Origin: an uncultured Thermococci archaeon
GTDB taxonomy: Archaea > Methanobacteriota_B > Thermococci > Thermococcales > Thermococcaceae
Reading direction: 5' to 3'
NCBI GenBank assembly: GCA_964487115.1
Contig: CAZAPD010000016.1
Location: 1 to 51,668, forward strand
DNA: 51,668 nt
Below are positions 49,277 through 51,668 of the stretch, piece after piece. The first letter of the stretch is position 1, and each line of letters starts with the position of its first letter. The notes beneath the pieces are model-generated. The model was given only the letters and a program-made list of their open reading frames with translations. It made no database searches and was not told the DNA's origin. The position numbers and the translations under genes are program-made.

Positions 49277-50845
49277 ATGGGCATGGAGGAGAAGGTTAAC
49301 GAACTCTATGAAAAGAAAGAAAAGATTCTTCAGATGGGGGGGGAGGCTAGAGTCCAAAAACAGCATGAAAAGGGCAAATTAACAGCTCGGGAAAGACTAG
49401 AAAAGCTTCTCGACCCCGGAAGTTTTGTGGAAATAGGCATGTTTGTTAAACACAGGAATACAGAATTTGGTCTCGATAAGATGGAATTGCCGGCAGATGG
49501 TGTAATAACTGGCTATGGTACTATTGATGGGAGGCTTGTCTTTGTTTATTCTCAGGATTTCACAGTTATGGGAGGTTCGCTGGGTGAAATGCATGCCGCA
49601 AAGATAAAGCGTGTTATGGAGTTGGCTCTGGAAGCAGGAGCTCCTATAATAGGAATAAACGACTCTGGGGGGGCAAGGATTCAGGAAGGTGTGGATTCCC
49701 TGAAGGGATATGGTGAGATATTCAAGATGAACACAATTCTTAGTGGGGTTGTTCCCCAGATCACAGCTATAATGGGCCCCTGTGCAGGAGGAGCTGTCTA
49801 CAGCCCAGCGATAGGCGATTTCATTCTCATGGTTGATAATCCTGCGACATTCATGTTCATTACAGGTCCACAGGTTGTCAAAGCAGTTACCGGTGTAGAG
49901 GTATCTCCGGGTCAGTTAGGTGGTGCAATGATTCATGCCCAAAAGAGCGGTCAAGCCCATCTTGTTGGAAAGAGTGATGAAGAGGTTTTGACCCTTATAA
50001 GAAAGCTTATCAGCTATCTCCCTTCCAACAATATGGAAAAGCCTCCGAGAATTAAGACAAACGATCTGCCCTTCAGGAAGACAGAAAGCCTCTATAGTAT
50101 CGTTCCGGACGATCCGAACAAGGGCTATGACATTAGACAGGTCATATATGAGATAGTGGACAGAGATGCAAATGGAAATCCAGATTTCCTTGAGATCCTA
50201 CCTTACTATGCACCAAATGCTGTCGTTGGTTTTGCCAGGATGAATGGACAGACCGTGGGAATTGTGGCAAACAATCCAAACTATTTTGCCGGTGTTCTCG
50301 ACATTGACAGCTCGGATAAGATAGCGAGGTTTGTACGCACATGCGATGCCTTTAATGTCCCCATAGTTACATTTGTGGATGTCCCTGGCTACTTGCCGGG
50401 AACCCAGCAGGAATACGGCGGAATCATAAGACACGGTGCAAAAGTTCTCTATGCCTATGCGGAGGCAACTGTTCCTCTTGTCACTGTTATTCTCAGAAAA
50501 GCGTATGGTGGGGCTTATTTAGCTATGGGTTCGAAGCACCTCGGTGCGGATTTTGTCTTTGCATGGCCTACAGCTGAAATAGCGGTCATGGGGCCGGAGG
50601 GAGCAGCAAACATTATCTTCAGGAAGGAGATAGCGAAGGCTGAAAATCCAGAAGAGGTCAGGAAACAAAAGATTCAGGAGTATAGAGATAGATTTGCCAA
50701 TCCGTATGTTGCCGCAAGCAGGGGTTACATTGACGATGTTATTGATCCAGTAGAAACGAGAGCGAAAGTAATTCTTGCCCTTGAAGCCATGGAAAGCAAG
50801 CGTGTTAAACTCCCACCGAAAAAGCATGGCAACATACCTTTGTGA
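49277..50845 (+). CDS. mmdA: Methylmalonyl-CoA decarboxylase alpha (carboxyltransferase) subunit
   Basis: GKLTARER, DSGGARIQEG, GPCAGGAVY, KAYGGA and KKHGNIPL motifs. Confidence 0.92.
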   Translation: MGMEEKVNELYEKKEKILQMGGEARVQKQHEKGKLTARERLEKLLDPGSFVEIGMFVKHRNTEFGLDKMELPADGVITGYGTIDGRLVFVYSQDFTVMGGSLGEMHAAKIKRVMELALEAGAPIIGINDSGGARIQEGVDSLKGYGEIFKMNTILSGVVPQITAIMGPCAGGAVYSPAIGDFILMVDNPATFMFITGPQVVKAVTGVEVSPGQLGGAMIHAQKSGQAHLVGKSDEEVLTLIRKLISYLPSNNMEKPPRIKTNDLPFRKTESLYSIVPDDPNKGYDIRQVIYEIVDRDANGNPDFLEILPYYAPNAVVGFARMNGQTVGIVANNPNYFAGVLDIDSSDKIARFVRTCDAFNVPIVTFVDVPGYLPGTQQEYGGIIRHGAKVLYAYAEATVPLVTVILRKAYGGAYLAMGSKHLGADFVFAWPTAEIAVMGPEGAANIIFRKEIAKAENPEEVRKQKIQEYRDRFANPYVAASRGYIDDVIDPVETRAKVILALEAMESKRVKLPPKKHGNIPL

Positions 50846-50855
50846 GGTGTGAAAA

Positions 50856-51230
50856 ATGATTTCAATGGCAGCCTTCATGGAGGGCCTTTACATCACCATT
50901 TTAGGCGTCACAGTGGTTTTTGGAGTTCTGATAATACTTTCAATAGCCATGTATGCAATTGGGAAGCTGGAAATTAGCCTCGTAGAAAGGGAGAAGAAAT
51001 TGGTTCCAGCTCCTGTTGAGAAAAAGACTGAAGTTGAAGAGAAGCCAAGATTGGAGCCCAGAAAGGTCGCTGTAATAACAGCTGCCATTCTGGCATATAC
51101 GGCAGAGAAGGCATCACAACTCAGGCCTTTACCATTCAGAAAAAAACCCTCAGATGCGTGGCGGTTGTATGGTCTCCACAGTCAGATGGAGGAGGTTGAG
51201 AACTTCAACTATGAGATAGGAGAGTGGTAA
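50856..51230 (+). CDS. mmdD: OadG-family (delta) subunit of the Na+-pumping decarboxylase
   Basis: N-terminal TM (GVTVVFGVL), VAVITAAI helix, SDAWR. Confidence 0.85.
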   Translation: MISMAAFMEGLYITILGVTVVFGVLIILSIAMYAIGKLEISLVEREKKLVPAPVEKKTEVEEKPRLEPRKVAVITAAILAYTAEKASQLRPLPFRKKPSDAWRLYGLHSQMEEVENFNYEIGEW

Positions 51231-51231
51231 A

Positions 51232-51668
51232 ATGGCAAAGGTTAAGGTCATCGTTGATGGTATTAGTTATGAGGTTGAGGTTGAGGAATTAGGTGCGGGT
51301 AAATTCAAGGTCTCATTTGAGGGAGAGAGCTATGAGGTAAAAGCACAGGACTTTGGAGTCCCAATGAGTGCAGCCCCCACTTCTTCGGAATCAGTGTCGA
51401 TTCCAGCCCCAGCTCCAGCCCCAGTGTCTGTTTCGGTTTCGTCTTCTGTGGTGGTTGGTGGGGGTGTTGTGAGTTCGCCGATGCCTGGGAAGATTTTGAG
51501 GATTTTGGTGAGGGAGGGTGATGAGGTAAAGACGGGGCAGGCATTACTAACTTTGGAAGCCATGAAAATGGAGAATGAAATACCAGCACCAAAAGACGGA
51601 ATAGTGAAAAAAATCCTCGTAAAAGAAGGCGACACCGTCGACACCGGACAACCACTAATAGAAATCGG
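51232..51668 (+). CDS. mmdC: Biotin carboxyl carrier (gamma) subunit, runs off the window end
   Basis: MAKVKVIVDG...A/P linker...SPMPGKI...LEAMKMENEI biotinylation motif. Confidence 0.92.
   Translation, partial: MAKVKVIVDGISYEVEVEELGAGKFKVSFEGESYEVKAQDFGVPMSAAPTSSESVSIPAPAPAPVSVSVSSSVVVGGGVVSSPMPGKILRILVREGDEVKTGQALLTLEAMKMENEIPAPKDGIVKKILVKEGDTVDTGQPLIEI

Noticed and set aside
1..51668. CRISPR array, cas genes, integrase or provirus
   Set aside because: No regularly spaced 25-40-nt repeats, cas motifs, recombinase or duplicated tRNA ends were seen.

Overview
Window from a Thermococcales (probably Thermococcus) chromosome, mostly core genes. RNA genes: tRNA-Lys, tRNA-Asp, 5S rRNA and tRNA-Pro. 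Protein genes include scpB, the three-gene RPA operon, DGGGP synthase, Clp1, engB, Sec61beta, eS6, aIF2gamma/beta, dph2, eL41, DtxR, endonuclease IV, GINS23-MCM (one Ser-initiated intein) and the start of the methylmalonyl-CoA decarboxylase operon. The most unusual region is 38.04-39.15 kb: a dead IS200/IS605 element with frameshifted tnpA and tnpB almost entirely deleted, whose 3' omegaRNA-type hairpins survive, beside a ~97-nt structured RNA with its own promoter (SscA-like), a solo IS-end-like hairpin and short direct repeats. Other points of interest: three DtxR-type TTAGG-N4-CCTAA boxes (dtxR, endonuclease IV, DGGGP synthase); a YhfC protease-PadR-2xSdpI envelope module; a lipoprotein locus with three copies of one uncharacterised domain; a PRC-barrel/coiled-coil protein; a structured eS6 leader; a probable ATT start codon; and an MTH1187-family pseudogene. 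No CRISPR array or provirus was seen. All calls are by eye from motifs, without database searches.
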